From Nitrosopumilaceae archaeon (GTDB taxonomy: Archaea > Thermoproteota > Nitrososphaeria > Nitrososphaerales > Nitrosopumilaceae): a stretch of 27,979 nt of DNA. Below are positions 8,435 to 17,784 of this stretch, one piece after another; within the stretch, counting starts at the first letter, position 1, and each line of letters opens with the position of its first letter. The position numbers and the translations under genes were made by a program. Location: the NCBI GenBank assembly GCA_052389415.1, contig JBQTHX010000087.1, positions 1-27,979 on the forward strand, read 5' to 3'. The notes beneath the pieces are model-generated. The model was not told the origin of the DNA, did not search any database, and saw only the letters and a list, made by a program, of their open reading frames with translations.

Positions 8435-11400
8435 TTAATGTGAACCAACACTTAGATTGTATTCTGACTTGGCTGAGAGAGGTATTGCTGAATCAATCCC
8501 ATCCCAAACAAAAATTTCTACAGTATATGTACCAGAAATAGTTGGCTGCCAGAAAATTTCTGTGATTTTTTTCTTTGCTACACCCACTTCTCCATTAATC
8601 CAACGTAGATCTATAATCTTGTTATTTTCGTCTTTAACCTGTATGATATAGCTGTATGTTTGTGGATTCATAATGTCTGCATTTGATATTTCAGTTACAA
8701 ATTTTATTTTTTGACCAACTGATGGATTTTGTGGTATCGGTCTGTCAAAGGAATCTTTTATCTGTGTTTTCATTACACTAATGGATGGTCCGGATTCATC
8801 CTCTATTTTTGTTGGTTCTTGTGGTTTTGTCGATTTTGGAAAGGTTAATCCTATTTCTCTAGGTTCCCCTGAAGAATCTCTAAAGTCAAAATAACTTGCT
8901 TCAATGCTTCCGCCAGCGGGTGAAATTAACTTAGTTCCTGCCTCGTTACATATTTGAGAAGGCATCCTGAAACTTCCTTTGAAAATTCCTGTTCCCGGTC
9001 CCGTCTCTACTAATGAGAATCCTGTAGAACCAAGACCACCATATTCTACAGAATTAATGGTGCAACGATGATATCTGAACCCTTTAATTCGTATTTCAAG
9101 AAGAACATTCCCGTCTGAATCTCCTACAGTATCGTCAGCACTTGAAGATGGATTGTTAATTACATTATAGGTCTCAATCGTATCATGTTTTGTGTTCAAG
9201 TCTGGATCAATTAAAACTACAACAACTGATTGACCAAACCTATAGGTTTGGGATTCAAGAGTAACATTACCAGTTTGTGTTTTTATTTCAGTTTTTGCTG
9301 ATACCCCGATAGTAACACCGACGTTAGCAAGATCAGAATAAGCCAAATTTATTGCATCTTCATCATCAAGTGAATCATTTACTAAAAATTTTATTTCGTT
9401 ACTAATCGTACGCAAATTTTTAATCAAATTTGGATCATTTTGATTTAATTGATTCACTACAACATATTCTATCGTTCCTGTAAATGTACTAGAGTTTGCA
9501 GCGGTTTCTTCTAGCTCTGCTCGGTAAATGGCATTGTTAAAACGCTGGCCGTTTTTATCACCAAAAGAGAGAAGGTCAACAACTATGGGTTGAGTATCGG
9601 TCTCGTTTGATATGGTTCCCGTGCTAAATGTATCAGATGATTGATCAAAGTTTATTTCTAGATAAACTTGGGATGAACCAGAGATTCCATTTATTGCAGT
9701 AATATCAGCATCATCGATCATCACCATCCCATTTCCTGAAGAGATATCACCTGAATCCAATATCTGAACTGTCGTGGTTCCTGGCAATCCACCAAAATGT
9801 AATGTCATTGTTGTGTCTGAGAATGAACTTATTCCAAATTGCTGCTCAAATGAACGCAAGTCAAAATTTAACCAGCTTGTTCCATGTGGTGAACTTAAGA
9901 GAAGATTCTGAAGAGTGTTTGCTGTTATTCCTAGATTTATTGAGATTTTTTCTACAGAACCATTTGAAGTAGATCTTGTATCGATAATCAGTCTTTCAGA
10001 ATTTTTGTCAGGAGTACTAGATGGGACTGGCGTTCCACTGGTAAGTGGAGTGGTTGATGTTGCGTAGAAATTTACACTTGATGCACTATCTAAAGTCAGA
10101 GGATTTCCAATCTTTAATGTAGGAATGATCGCAGAGCTTCTAAAAACATCAAGGTCTTCATCTGCTCCAGGGTTCAAGTTTTGATCGTTATCTACTAGAG
10201 TGATTGTGGCCTTTTGACCCGGATTAAATTGATTACTAGAGATAACAAGAGATACAGATGCGGTAGAATCACCAGTTACTATTGATGTGGTTTTTGAGTT
10301 GTAATCTATAGTACCTGATTGGCCGCGTGGGGCATTATTTGAGATACCTATTACTGAATTATCGCTATAATCAAAGCCTTGAAATATTCCAGAATTTGGT
10401 TCTGATTCTACTAGAGTCACTATATCGTTATAGTTTATGATTCCCGTCGTAGCAAAATCGGAAGGTTGGTACTGATTTGTCTTTAAGATAACGGCAGATC
10501 CTAGATTCATTCCTAGGTTTCCATTTTTTTCAAATCCCAAGCTTCCAAGATATGGATTTAGATCCACTAATCCTGGTCCTCCATTTCCAGAATCTATACC
10601 TGATTCCGTAAAGGCTTGATAAAACGTTGTTCTTGGAGAATTGATATTAAATGTCCAAGAATCCACGTCTGTAGGATCCTGATTTAGTTGCATATCATTA
10701 ACAGTCACAAATACTTCAGCACCTTTTGGATAAGCAGATCTGTCAATGCTTAGAGCGATGTTAGGAATGTCAGAATAGGTAAGATCAACTCTTTGAGAAC
10801 CTCCTCCCCTGTTGTAGATTATAGTGACATCATCACTAAAGGAGTAAAGTTGAATCAAAGGCCATGCATCAATATCTAATCCTATTTGACCAACAGGCAT
10901 TCCTGCATTTGTGTTAGGGCTTTTGGCATTCCTCAATACGTTATTTTGATTTGGTGATGGCGTAGTGGGAGAACCAGTACATGCGTTAAAGGATGAAGTG
11001 CCGTCAGTAGAACCTGTAATTCCATCAGAGCCTGGAATAGATACACCTTCAGTATCTGAAATATCTATACCAAGTACTGATACATCGGTAGAAGCGGAAC
11101 AAAACACACCAAAGTCTAGACTCTCGCCAGCAAGACCTCCCAATGCAACTTGATCAGCTTGTTTTGCTTTTTCCAAATTTGCAAAGTATGCATACCAATT
11201 TCCATCAGAACCTTGAACCATTCGGAGATCTTTTCCGTTTATTGTAACATCTGGTTCTCCTTTGGCTTCATCAGTATCTGAAATGTTACTATCTCTTACT
11301 ACAACCTCAACTACCATAGAGCCAGACAAATGATTTTGAAATAGAGAATTTTCTGCTGAGACAAATAGATTTTGATTGGATGATTGAGCACTTACATCTG

Positions 11401-11458
11401 CATTAACGAATGATGATAACAAAAGTAATCCTAGAAAGATACCAAGAAATTTGTACAT
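8435..11458 (-). CDS. large secreted S-layer-like multi-Ig-domain protein
   Basis: Signal peptide MYKFLGIFLGLLLLSSFVNA (start 11458; 11482 possible); S/T/G/D/N-rich; repeated DxDxN and LxETxxxTGxFxG motifs; C-terminal YIIQVKD...YTVEIFVW domain resembling thaumarchaeal S-layer proteins. Confidence 0.75.
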   Translation of the reverse strand: MYKFLGIFLGLLLLSSFVNADVSAQSSNQNLFVSAENSLFQNHLSGSMVVEVVVRDSNISDTDEAKGEPDVTINGKDLRMVQGSDGNWYAYFANLEKAKQADQVALGGLAGESLDFGVFCSASTDVSVLGIDISDTEGVSIPGSDGITGSTDGTSSFNACTGSPTTPSPNQNNVLRNAKSPNTNAGMPVGQIGLDIDAWPLIQLYSFSDDVTIIYNRGGGSQRVDLTYSDIPNIALSIDRSAYPKGAEVFVTVNDMQLNQDPTDVDSWTFNINSPRTTFYQAFTESGIDSGNGGPGLVDLNPYLGSLGFEKNGNLGMNLGSAVILKTNQYQPSDFATTGIINYNDIVTLVESEPNSGIFQGFDYSDNSVIGISNNAPRGQSGTIDYNSKTTSIVTGDSTASVSLVISSNQFNPGQKATITLVDNDQNLNPGADEDLDVFRSSAIIPTLKIGNPLTLDSASSVNFYATSTTPLTSGTPVPSSTPDKNSERLIIDTRSTSNGSVEKISINLGITANTLQNLLLSSPHGTSWLNFDLRSFEQQFGISSFSDTTMTLHFGGLPGTTTVQILDSGDISSGNGMVMIDDADITAINGISGSSQVYLEINFDQSSDTFSTGTISNETDTQPIVVDLLSFGDKNGQRFNNAIYRAELEETAANSSTFTGTIEYVVVNQLNQNDPNLIKNLRTISNEIKFLVNDSLDDEDAINLAYSDLANVGVTIGVSAKTEIKTQTGNVTLESQTYRFGQSVVVVLIDPDLNTKHDTIETYNVINNPSSSADDTVGDSDGNVLLEIRIKGFRYHRCTINSVEYGGLGSTGFSLVETGPGTGIFKGSFRMPSQICNEAGTKLISPAGGSIEASYFDFRDSSGEPREIGLTFPKSTKPQEPTKIEDESGPSISVMKTQIKDSFDRPIPQNPSVGQKIKFVTEISNADIMNPQTYSYIIQVKDENNKIIDLRWINGEVGVAKKKITEIFWQPTISGTYTVEIFVWDGIDSAIPLSAKSEYNLSVGSH

Positions 11459-11545
11459 TTTAGCAATTAATAGATTTGTCATCCTTCCAAATATTGTTGT
11501 CGCATAACTGGTACTTTATTTGGGCGCATGATAACAATTCTGATT

Positions 11546-12724
11546 CTATACGAAGATGCTGGTAAGATACATGATTAACATTCCTACAGCAAACCCCGAC
11601 GCTACTGCTGCACTCGAAAGATTTTTGTCGCCTTCTTCTCGTACCCACCTCAATATCGTGATTATTACTTGGAATATTGCACCTGCTCCTATTGAAAGAA
11701 ACACTACTGCAGCAAATGGAGAATACACAAACCCTCCTACCCATGCCCCAAAAATAGCCGGAGCCCCAGCAATCATTCCCAATCCTGCAAGCTTTCCTAC
11801 CATTGTTTTTCCTCTGGACATTGGTGCTGCAATGGCAATACCCTCAGTTGTATTGTGCAAAGCAAATCCTACGATTAAAAAAGTGCTAAACGCAATAGAA
11901 CCAAGGCCAACAGCTGCTCCGATTGCGAGTCCTTCTCCAAAATTATGCAAACCAATACCTATTGCGATCATCAATGCAATTGCTACAGGTTTTGTCATTC
12001 TAGATGATTCTGTCTTTTTTACTAATTTTTCAGCAGAATAGTATAACCCAAGGAATGATAGTACAATAACCGTAGCTACAAGCAATGCACCGTTAAAGCT
12101 ACCAGCAAGACTTTCTTCAGAAACTTTTAGTGCCTCTTCAACGGAATCAATACCTAAGAACAGTAATAATCCTGCGGTGAGTGCCAAAAAGAAATGATAT
12201 TTGTTTTTACCAATCTTTCTGATAAATGGGAGCCAGAGTAATCCGATCATAATTGGAATAATTCCAACATATATTCCAATTATAGCAAAAAATCCGATAA
12301 GTTCAAAATTTGGTTCTAATGCTAGGGCCGCAGCTTCAATCTCTTTTTCAAATCTTGTTCCATCGCCTACAGTAAGTCCAATTATATACGGTTGTGCCTC
12401 ATTCCAATCAAAAGGAATTCGTATAACAGCTGTTTCGTATCTCTCCAAAAATCTATCGGGCTCAATTGCTGCAGGTTGTATTCTATCATTTACGTCTGCC
12501 ATAACAATCTCTACAGGAATAGGTCCAGTATTTCTAACGCTTACAATTATCTCAGAATAAACAAAATCGACTTTCTCCATAGTAATTTCTGGTAACGGTA
12601 CACCTAATTCTAAAAAATCAGAGCCCGGGCCAAAGATGTAAGCTACCAAAAGGATAACAAATGCAAAAGGAATTACTCCACTTGCTATGAGTTTAGCTTT
12701 TGATGGTTTGTTACTAAGTTCCAT
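11546..12724 (-). CDS. ZIP family divalent metal transporter with N-terminal extracellular domain
   Basis: GIGLHNFGEG and ALHNTTEG metal-binding helices, multiple TMs, plus an N-terminal TM and a ~110-aa soluble domain (VRNTGP). Confidence 0.88.
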   Translation of the reverse strand: MELSNKPSKAKLIASGVIPFAFVILLVAYIFGPGSDFLELGVPLPEITMEKVDFVYSEIIVSVRNTGPIPVEIVMADVNDRIQPAAIEPDRFLERYETAVIRIPFDWNEAQPYIIGLTVGDGTRFEKEIEAAALALEPNFELIGFFAIIGIYVGIIPIMIGLLWLPFIRKIGKNKYHFFLALTAGLLLFLGIDSVEEALKVSEESLAGSFNGALLVATVIVLSFLGLYYSAEKLVKKTESSRMTKPVAIALMIAIGIGLHNFGEGLAIGAAVGLGSIAFSTFLIVGFALHNTTEGIAIAAPMSRGKTMVGKLAGLGMIAGAPAIFGAWVGGFVYSPFAAVVFLSIGAGAIFQVIITILRWVREEGDKNLSSAAVASGFAVGMLIMYLTSIFV

Positions 12725-13781
12725 ATTCTATTCCTGATTGTGATTTTTGATCTAGTTTTTCCTTAACTAGGAACATTCCAATCCATCCCTTTTCTGAAAA
12801 TTCTACCTTATGAGCGTGGAATAGATATTTTCCAGGATATTCATACTTGAATTCCATAATTCCACGCTCAGTCTGAGATAATGTTATCATATCAGTATAG
12901 AAAGACGGTACTGTATCAGTTCCTGTTGGATAGTAATGGTATAGAGTGCCATGCAAGTGTAGGTTGTTTATTGGATCAAATTCAACCATGTTCACTACAT
13001 ACACTCTGATTAATTCATTGGTGTTAATTTGGATGGGGTGGTGTTGATAGTAAAACGGAATTGTGTTTGCAGCATAGAAATTATTTTCAGTATCAAAATC
13101 AGTATCCAATCCATTTAGAACCATAACCATTTCATCTGCTGCAGGTCTTTTTTCTTTTGGATCCACAATGTATACACCATACAATCCATGTACAATGTGT
13201 TCTTCAAGTGGCATCACATGACAATGATAGGGATGAACTCCAACAGGTCCAGCTGTAAATTCATATGTAAATTGTCCTCCACCTGGACCTACGGGCTCAA
13301 ATACTCCATCCATTTCAGCTGGGTGAATTCCATGAAAATGCATTGTATGTGATTTTGTACCATTATTGATGAATTTAATACGAACCAAGTCACCCTCGGT
13401 TGCTCTTATGGTTGGACCCGGAACTGTGCCGTTAAAGGTCCATACATTATAGAATACTCCAGGTGAAACTTCCATAACTTTATCGTCCTCTGCAATAATC
13501 GTAAACTCCCTTAAGGTGGTACCATCAGGTAACTGGGAAACTCGCCCATAGTTGAACTCTCGCAGATATTCCATAGGATCAAATTCCACTGTTGATGCAA
13601 CATAGAGAGGATCAAGGACATCACCTGATGTTTGTATAACTGCTCCTGAATGTGTTAAGAAAGTCTTTGGTTCTTCGGTTGCATCTATTAGTAGGGGTAA
13701 AGAAAAATAAATTATAGATATAATGAAGCCTGAAATCAAAGTTAACAACATCTTTCCTTTCATTGTTTTCACTAGATACAT
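12714..13781 (-). CDS. two-domain multicopper oxidase (T1 site in domain 1), N-terminally anchored or secreted
   Basis: WTFNGTVPGPTIR, HTMHFHG, YHCH...H...L, NLHLHG, FHAH; N-terminal hydrophobic helix; overlaps the ZIP start by 11 bp. Confidence 0.9.
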   Translation of the reverse strand: MYLVKTMKGKMLLTLISGFIISIIYFSLPLLIDATEEPKTFLTHSGAVIQTSGDVLDPLYVASTVEFDPMEYLREFNYGRVSQLPDGTTLREFTIIAEDDKVMEVSPGVFYNVWTFNGTVPGPTIRATEGDLVRIKFINNGTKSHTMHFHGIHPAEMDGVFEPVGPGGGQFTYEFTAGPVGVHPYHCHVMPLEEHIVHGLYGVYIVDPKEKRPAADEMVMVLNGLDTDFDTENNFYAANTIPFYYQHHPIQINTNELIRVYVVNMVEFDPINNLHLHGTLYHYYPTGTDTVPSFYTDMITLSQTERGIMEFKYEYPGKYLFHAHKVEFSEKGWIGMFLVKEKLDQKSQSGIEYGT

Positions 13782-13807
13782 CTGAGTAGAACTACAACGA
13801 TGGTTTA

Positions 13808-13853
13808 TTTATAATTTAGCCAAGGCTAACTTTTTTGCCTTTGGCTAAATTAT
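13808..13853. promoter_or_regulatory. TATA box of the MCO-ZIP operon overlapped by a palindromic operator
   Basis: Perfect 13-bp inverted repeat ATAATTTAGCCAA (13811-13823) / TTGGCTAAATTAT (13841-13853), with TTAGCC-AA-GGCTAA (13816-13829) inside; TTATAAA on the minus strand about 27-33 bp upstream of ATG 13781. Confidence 0.7.
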
Positions 13854-13907
13854 TTAATCAAAACAAGATCCCAAATTTTAATAGTAGTTGCACATCATCC
13901 TCGCCTA

Positions 13908-14420
13908 TTGAAAAAGCCCATAATACTCCTTGTAGTAGGAGGTTTTTTGACAATATTTGGGGTAGGCCTTTCTGTTTATGGTTCACAGTTAATAGTTGAT
14001 AATCTAGTAACAGAAGAAAAACAGCTAGAAATTGGCGGATCTATGGAACTTTCAAAAGAATTTGATCCTTCTGTAAACGAAAATGGAATATATTTAATAC
14101 AAATCTTGGATTTTAAAGAGGAAACTCGATTACAAGTAACTGTCTATGATCCGTTTGATACAATGGTTGTCTCTGAACCAATAGAAAACAGTCTATTTCA
14201 GGGAGAATTTACAATTTCAGATAAAGGAACTTATAGGATTTTAGTAGAAAACACAGGAGAAAGAGAACTCCAAGTGATGGCCATACTAGCGTACTTGCCA
14301 CAAGATCAGTCTCTGACAATAAGCATTCTTGGATTTATTGCAATTATAATAGGATTAATAGGATTGGCTGTTGGAACAATCCAATTCATTAGATCACGTA
14401 ATAAAGCTGAGACTAGTTAA
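13908..14420 (+). CDS. membrane protein, two TM helices flanking a beta-sandwich domain
   Basis: N- and C-terminal hydrophobic helices, GTYRILVENTG beta-strand motif; TTG start. Confidence 0.8.
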   Translation: MKKPIILLVVGGFLTIFGVGLSVYGSQLIVDNLVTEEKQLEIGGSMELSKEFDPSVNENGIYLIQILDFKEETRLQVTVYDPFDTMVVSEPIENSLFQGEFTISDKGTYRILVENTGERELQVMAILAYLPQDQSLTISILGFIAIIIGLIGLAVGTIQFIRSRNKAETS

Positions 14421-14724
14421 GAAATGAATCTAGTTCTGTAAGACCATCTACGACGCCAGAAAAAGTCTCATCACTTTCCATTATGTTATTTAATTTTTCT
14501 TTGTTTGCAGTAAAAATAGTTTCATTGCCATCTTTATCGATCTTAACAAAACCGTGTTGTATAACATACGAAAGTTTTTCTTGTATTTCAGAATCAGTAA
14601 TCTTTAATTTTTCTGTAAGATAGATAGAATTTTTACTTCCATCTTCGAGTTCTAAAAGAATTGACGAAACATCTGGATCAACTAGAATTTCAAGCATTTT
14701 TTGCTTATCATAGGCTTCTTCCAA
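14413..14724 (-). CDS. winged helix-turn-helix (ArsR-like) protein
   Basis: LEILVDP..SSILLEL...LTEKL...EIQEKLSYVIQHGFV...TIF pattern; TTG start 6 bp after the vWA stop. Confidence 0.7.
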   Translation of the reverse strand: MEEAYDKQKMLEILVDPDVSSILLELEDGSKNSIYLTEKLKITDSEIQEKLSYVIQHGFVKIDKDGNETIFTANKEKLNNIMESDETFSGVVDGLTELDSFLN

Positions 14725-14730
14725 TTTGCT

Positions 14731-16086
14731 TCACAGTTTATTTCTTGAAATTAAAATTTTCTTTTTATGTGATATAAAATCATTAATCAAGATCTTGTCA
14801 ATGTTTGCAGGATTGATATAATATGCTCTTCCTTTTAGCTGCTTCTCAAGGCTTTCAATATAGGTCAAAAGTTCATCTTCTTCACTTACCATTATTGTGT
14901 CCACTTCTATCCCTTCGTGTTTGAATTTTTTTGCCTCAAATAAAGTTCTGGATTCTATGAACGGATCAACCTGCCTGTATCGATAGCAAAGATAAACCAT
15001 CTCTCCTCCTGTATCGAGCCTTATTTCACGTTCAGTTTTCAGTTTTGAGAGAGTGGTCTCATCTGGTGTGTAAAAATGTGAATACGGTTTATCAGACAGA
15101 ATTTTGTTTTTCTGGTTTTCATCATCTATAAAACAAGCACTTGGTTGACCGTCAGTTATCATCACTATTCTTTTGTTTTGAGCTCCATCGCGTTTTAGAA
15201 TCTTGAGTGCCAATCTGAACGCTGCTTGATAATTGGTATAGTGTAAAAAATTATCATTTGCATCATATGTTTTTAGGTACGGTATGTCACGTGGATCTAT
15301 TTTTGATGCAAAAGATCCAAATCCAATGATGTAGATAGTGTCATTTGGAAAGAATTTTTTATTCAAAACGTACAAGCTCCATAGTGCTCTTTTAGCTGCC
15401 TCAATTCTACTTCCTTCCCCTGTACCAACTGAATATTTCATAGTAGAGCTTAGGTCTATACAATATACGACTGCAACTTTTACTTCTTCAATTGTTTCAA
15501 ATTCTTCAAGATCATCAAATTCCATAGAAATTGGAAATTTTATTTCTGATCCTTTTTTTGCTATCCTTTGTAATGAATTTAGAATAGTTTGTGGAACATT
15601 AAGAAATCTAATATCATCTCCAGGCTCAAATTTTTTTGTTGTATCCTGTATCACACTTCCTGTACCAATTTTTTTTGTTTCATGAAACCCTAATCCTCCT
15701 TCATTGATTGCTTTCATAACATCATGTAGAAGTTTTCCACCAATCTCAATGAATCCCTTTTTAGTGAGCCATTTTTTTTCGTCTTTGAGATAGCCCTGTT
15801 TCTTGAGATATGTAGTAATAGGTTCACCTGATGAATGAATATCATCCTCTGTAGATTCAGAATTTTCTTCCAGATTTTGTTGTTCAGTTGATTGCTTCAT
15901 CATACCTTGTAGGATGGTTTCTAAATCTTGAAAGCTTGGTGGTTTTTCTTTCAATACTTGCCTTGATATAGTTTGAAGGATTTTTTGTAATGTCTCCTTT
16001 GAAATTTCCTCATTTGGTTTTGCTTGTTTATTTTCTTGGTTTAAAAAATATAAAACATTTCTAGTATCAAGCTGCGACATAACCAA
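14731..16086 (-). CDS. von Willebrand factor A (vWA) domain protein
   Basis: MIDAS-like CIDLSSTM, TNYQAAF, VMITDGQPSA; start may be ATG 16080. Confidence 0.88.
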   Translation of the reverse strand: MVMSQLDTRNVLYFLNQENKQAKPNEEISKETLQKILQTISRQVLKEKPPSFQDLETILQGMMKQSTEQQNLEENSESTEDDIHSSGEPITTYLKKQGYLKDEKKWLTKKGFIEIGGKLLHDVMKAINEGGLGFHETKKIGTGSVIQDTTKKFEPGDDIRFLNVPQTILNSLQRIAKKGSEIKFPISMEFDDLEEFETIEEVKVAVVYCIDLSSTMKYSVGTGEGSRIEAAKRALWSLYVLNKKFFPNDTIYIIGFGSFASKIDPRDIPYLKTYDANDNFLHYTNYQAAFRLALKILKRDGAQNKRIVMITDGQPSACFIDDENQKNKILSDKPYSHFYTPDETTLSKLKTEREIRLDTGGEMVYLCYRYRQVDPFIESRTLFEAKKFKHEGIEVDTIMVSEEDELLTYIESLEKQLKGRAYYINPANIDKILINDFISHKKKILISRNKL

Positions 16087-17701
16087 TCTCTTTTTTATCT
16101 AGAACTTTTGGTTCAACCCAACATAAACCCTCAAGAACGATCTCAATAATAGCTCCGCGTAGCTCATTTTGTGCATTCTCTGAAAGAGTAAGAGATTCAG
16201 ATTTTATATTATGGATTAGTGACTTTTTCTCAAATTCTTGTTGTTCCAAAGTTGCTTTTTGATATATTTTATCAATGAGTGCTTTGAGTTGTTCAAAACT
16301 TTTAATTTGATTCTCATATGACAATTGCAAGCTGTTTTTATCTACGATTTTTTGAGAAACTTGGAAGGATTTTCCTGCAAAATCTTGTTTTATTCTTTCT
16401 AACAGTGCATTATCAGTGTCTATCAAGAATTCAAGTGAGGTCTCTTTTATTGATTGAGAGATGAGATTGTAGAGTATTTTTTCTCTATTAGTAATGGTAT
16501 CATCGATTTCTGCAAGTTCAAATTTTGTAGCTTGCCCTATACAAAAGATGTCGACAGGTCTTGGAACTGGCAATAAATTATGCAATAATGCTCTAGTCCT
16601 TTCAGCTTCCCCTACGAGAAGTTCAAGGGAGTGGATTCCCATTCTCACGCTCACACCCTTGTCTTGGTTTATTTCTTGACTTTTACGTGCATTTTGAATT
16701 ATTCTTGCAAGAAGTTTTAACATAAAAACAGGTATGAATGATCTTGAAATTTTGGCTTCTTGTATTATTATCATCATTTCATCGTCTATTGATTTTGGAT
16801 AATGTGTGTGGATGTGACTTTTTAGGCGGTCATATAGCGGTTCTATTATTTTTCCAGAATGTGTATAATCAATCGGATTAGCAGTTGCAAAAAAAGCAGT
16901 TCTTGGCTCAAAGATTACAGGATAGGCACCGGTTGTGAATCTTCCTTCCTGAAGTACTGACAAGAGTGCTACCTGCTTTCGCGTATCAAGCACTGGTAAT
17001 TCATCTATGCAAAAAAGTCCATGTTTTGCTTGCATTAATTGTCCCGGTGAATACGATTCAATTTGATACATTTCAACACCCTTCTTTGTAATTTTGACTG
17101 CATCTATCTGACCCACTAGATCTTTGACAGAAATGTCAGGTGTTGCAAGTACATATTTGAATCTCCGCTCACCTTCCAACCATTCTATTTTTGTGTCAAG
17201 TTTATTGTCACGGATTTTATCCATACTACTTGAATCAATATAGAATCTTGGTGAAGCCATGGTCTCTTCTTTATCTTCTAACAAAGAGATCATCTCATTT
17301 TGTGGCAGGTCCATTGGGGAATCGTTTGTTATGCTGCCTTTGATAATGGGCATTGGTGACAAGAGATGTTTTGCTATTGCTTGTGCAATCTTTGTTTTTG
17401 CTTGACCTATCTGTCCAACTAACATGACATCATGACATGACAAGATAGCTCTGTCTAATGCTGGTATTACATCATCTTCAAAGCCGATGATTTCAGGATA
17501 TTTTTCTTCGCCCTTTTGTATTTTTGAAATCAGGTTTTGCCGAATCTGATCTTTTGCTTCTACAATCTTGTAGTTTATCTCCAAGAGGTCTCCCAGTGTT
17601 TTTACTTGGGCATAATCTTCAGGAAGACCAGCCATTATGTGAGTATACTTTGGATTAGAAGAATAACTTCGTTTTACAAGTTCTGAAAGTTCTTGCACCA
17701 C
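16067..17701 (-). CDS. AAA+ ATPase, Mg-chelatase ChlI/MoxR-related
   Basis: Walker A GQIGQAKT, ATPDISVKDLVG, Walker B FCIDELP, QVALLSVLQEG, ATANP, LYDRL; start GTG 17701 or ATG 17635. Confidence 0.88.
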   Translation of the reverse strand: MVQELSELVKRSYSSNPKYTHIMAGLPEDYAQVKTLGDLLEINYKIVEAKDQIRQNLISKIQKGEEKYPEIIGFEDDVIPALDRAILSCHDVMLVGQIGQAKTKIAQAIAKHLLSPMPIIKGSITNDSPMDLPQNEMISLLEDKEETMASPRFYIDSSSMDKIRDNKLDTKIEWLEGERRFKYVLATPDISVKDLVGQIDAVKITKKGVEMYQIESYSPGQLMQAKHGLFCIDELPVLDTRKQVALLSVLQEGRFTTGAYPVIFEPRTAFFATANPIDYTHSGKIIEPLYDRLKSHIHTHYPKSIDDEMMIIIQEAKISRSFIPVFMLKLLARIIQNARKSQEINQDKGVSVRMGIHSLELLVGEAERTRALLHNLLPVPRPVDIFCIGQATKFELAEIDDTITNREKILYNLISQSIKETSLEFLIDTDNALLERIKQDFAGKSFQVSQKIVDKNSLQLSYENQIKSFEQLKALIDKIYQKATLEQQEFEKKSLIHNIKSESLTLSENAQNELRGAIIEIVLEGLCWVEPKVLDKKEIGYVAA

Positions 17702-17784
17702 TTTGAAATTATTCCAGAATATGATTTAAAGTATTATCAGATTTAGTATGGTTTTTATCGGGGGTAAAGGGAATTTTTGCACAC

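Noticed and set aside
11556-12595. Plus-strand ORFs of 161, 119 and 67 aa
   Set aside because: Antisense shadows of the ZIP gene with no recognisable motifs.
12714-13781. Calling the multicopper protein NirK
   Set aside because: It has HxH pairs in both domains (HFH, HCH, HLH, HAH) consistent with a trinuclear oxidase site and an axial Leu, which fits a two-domain laccase-type MCO better than nitrite reductase.
14731-17701. Magnesium chelatase / chlorophyll synthesis
   Set aside because: No ChlH or other photosynthesis genes; a generic AAA+/vWA pair is the simpler reading.
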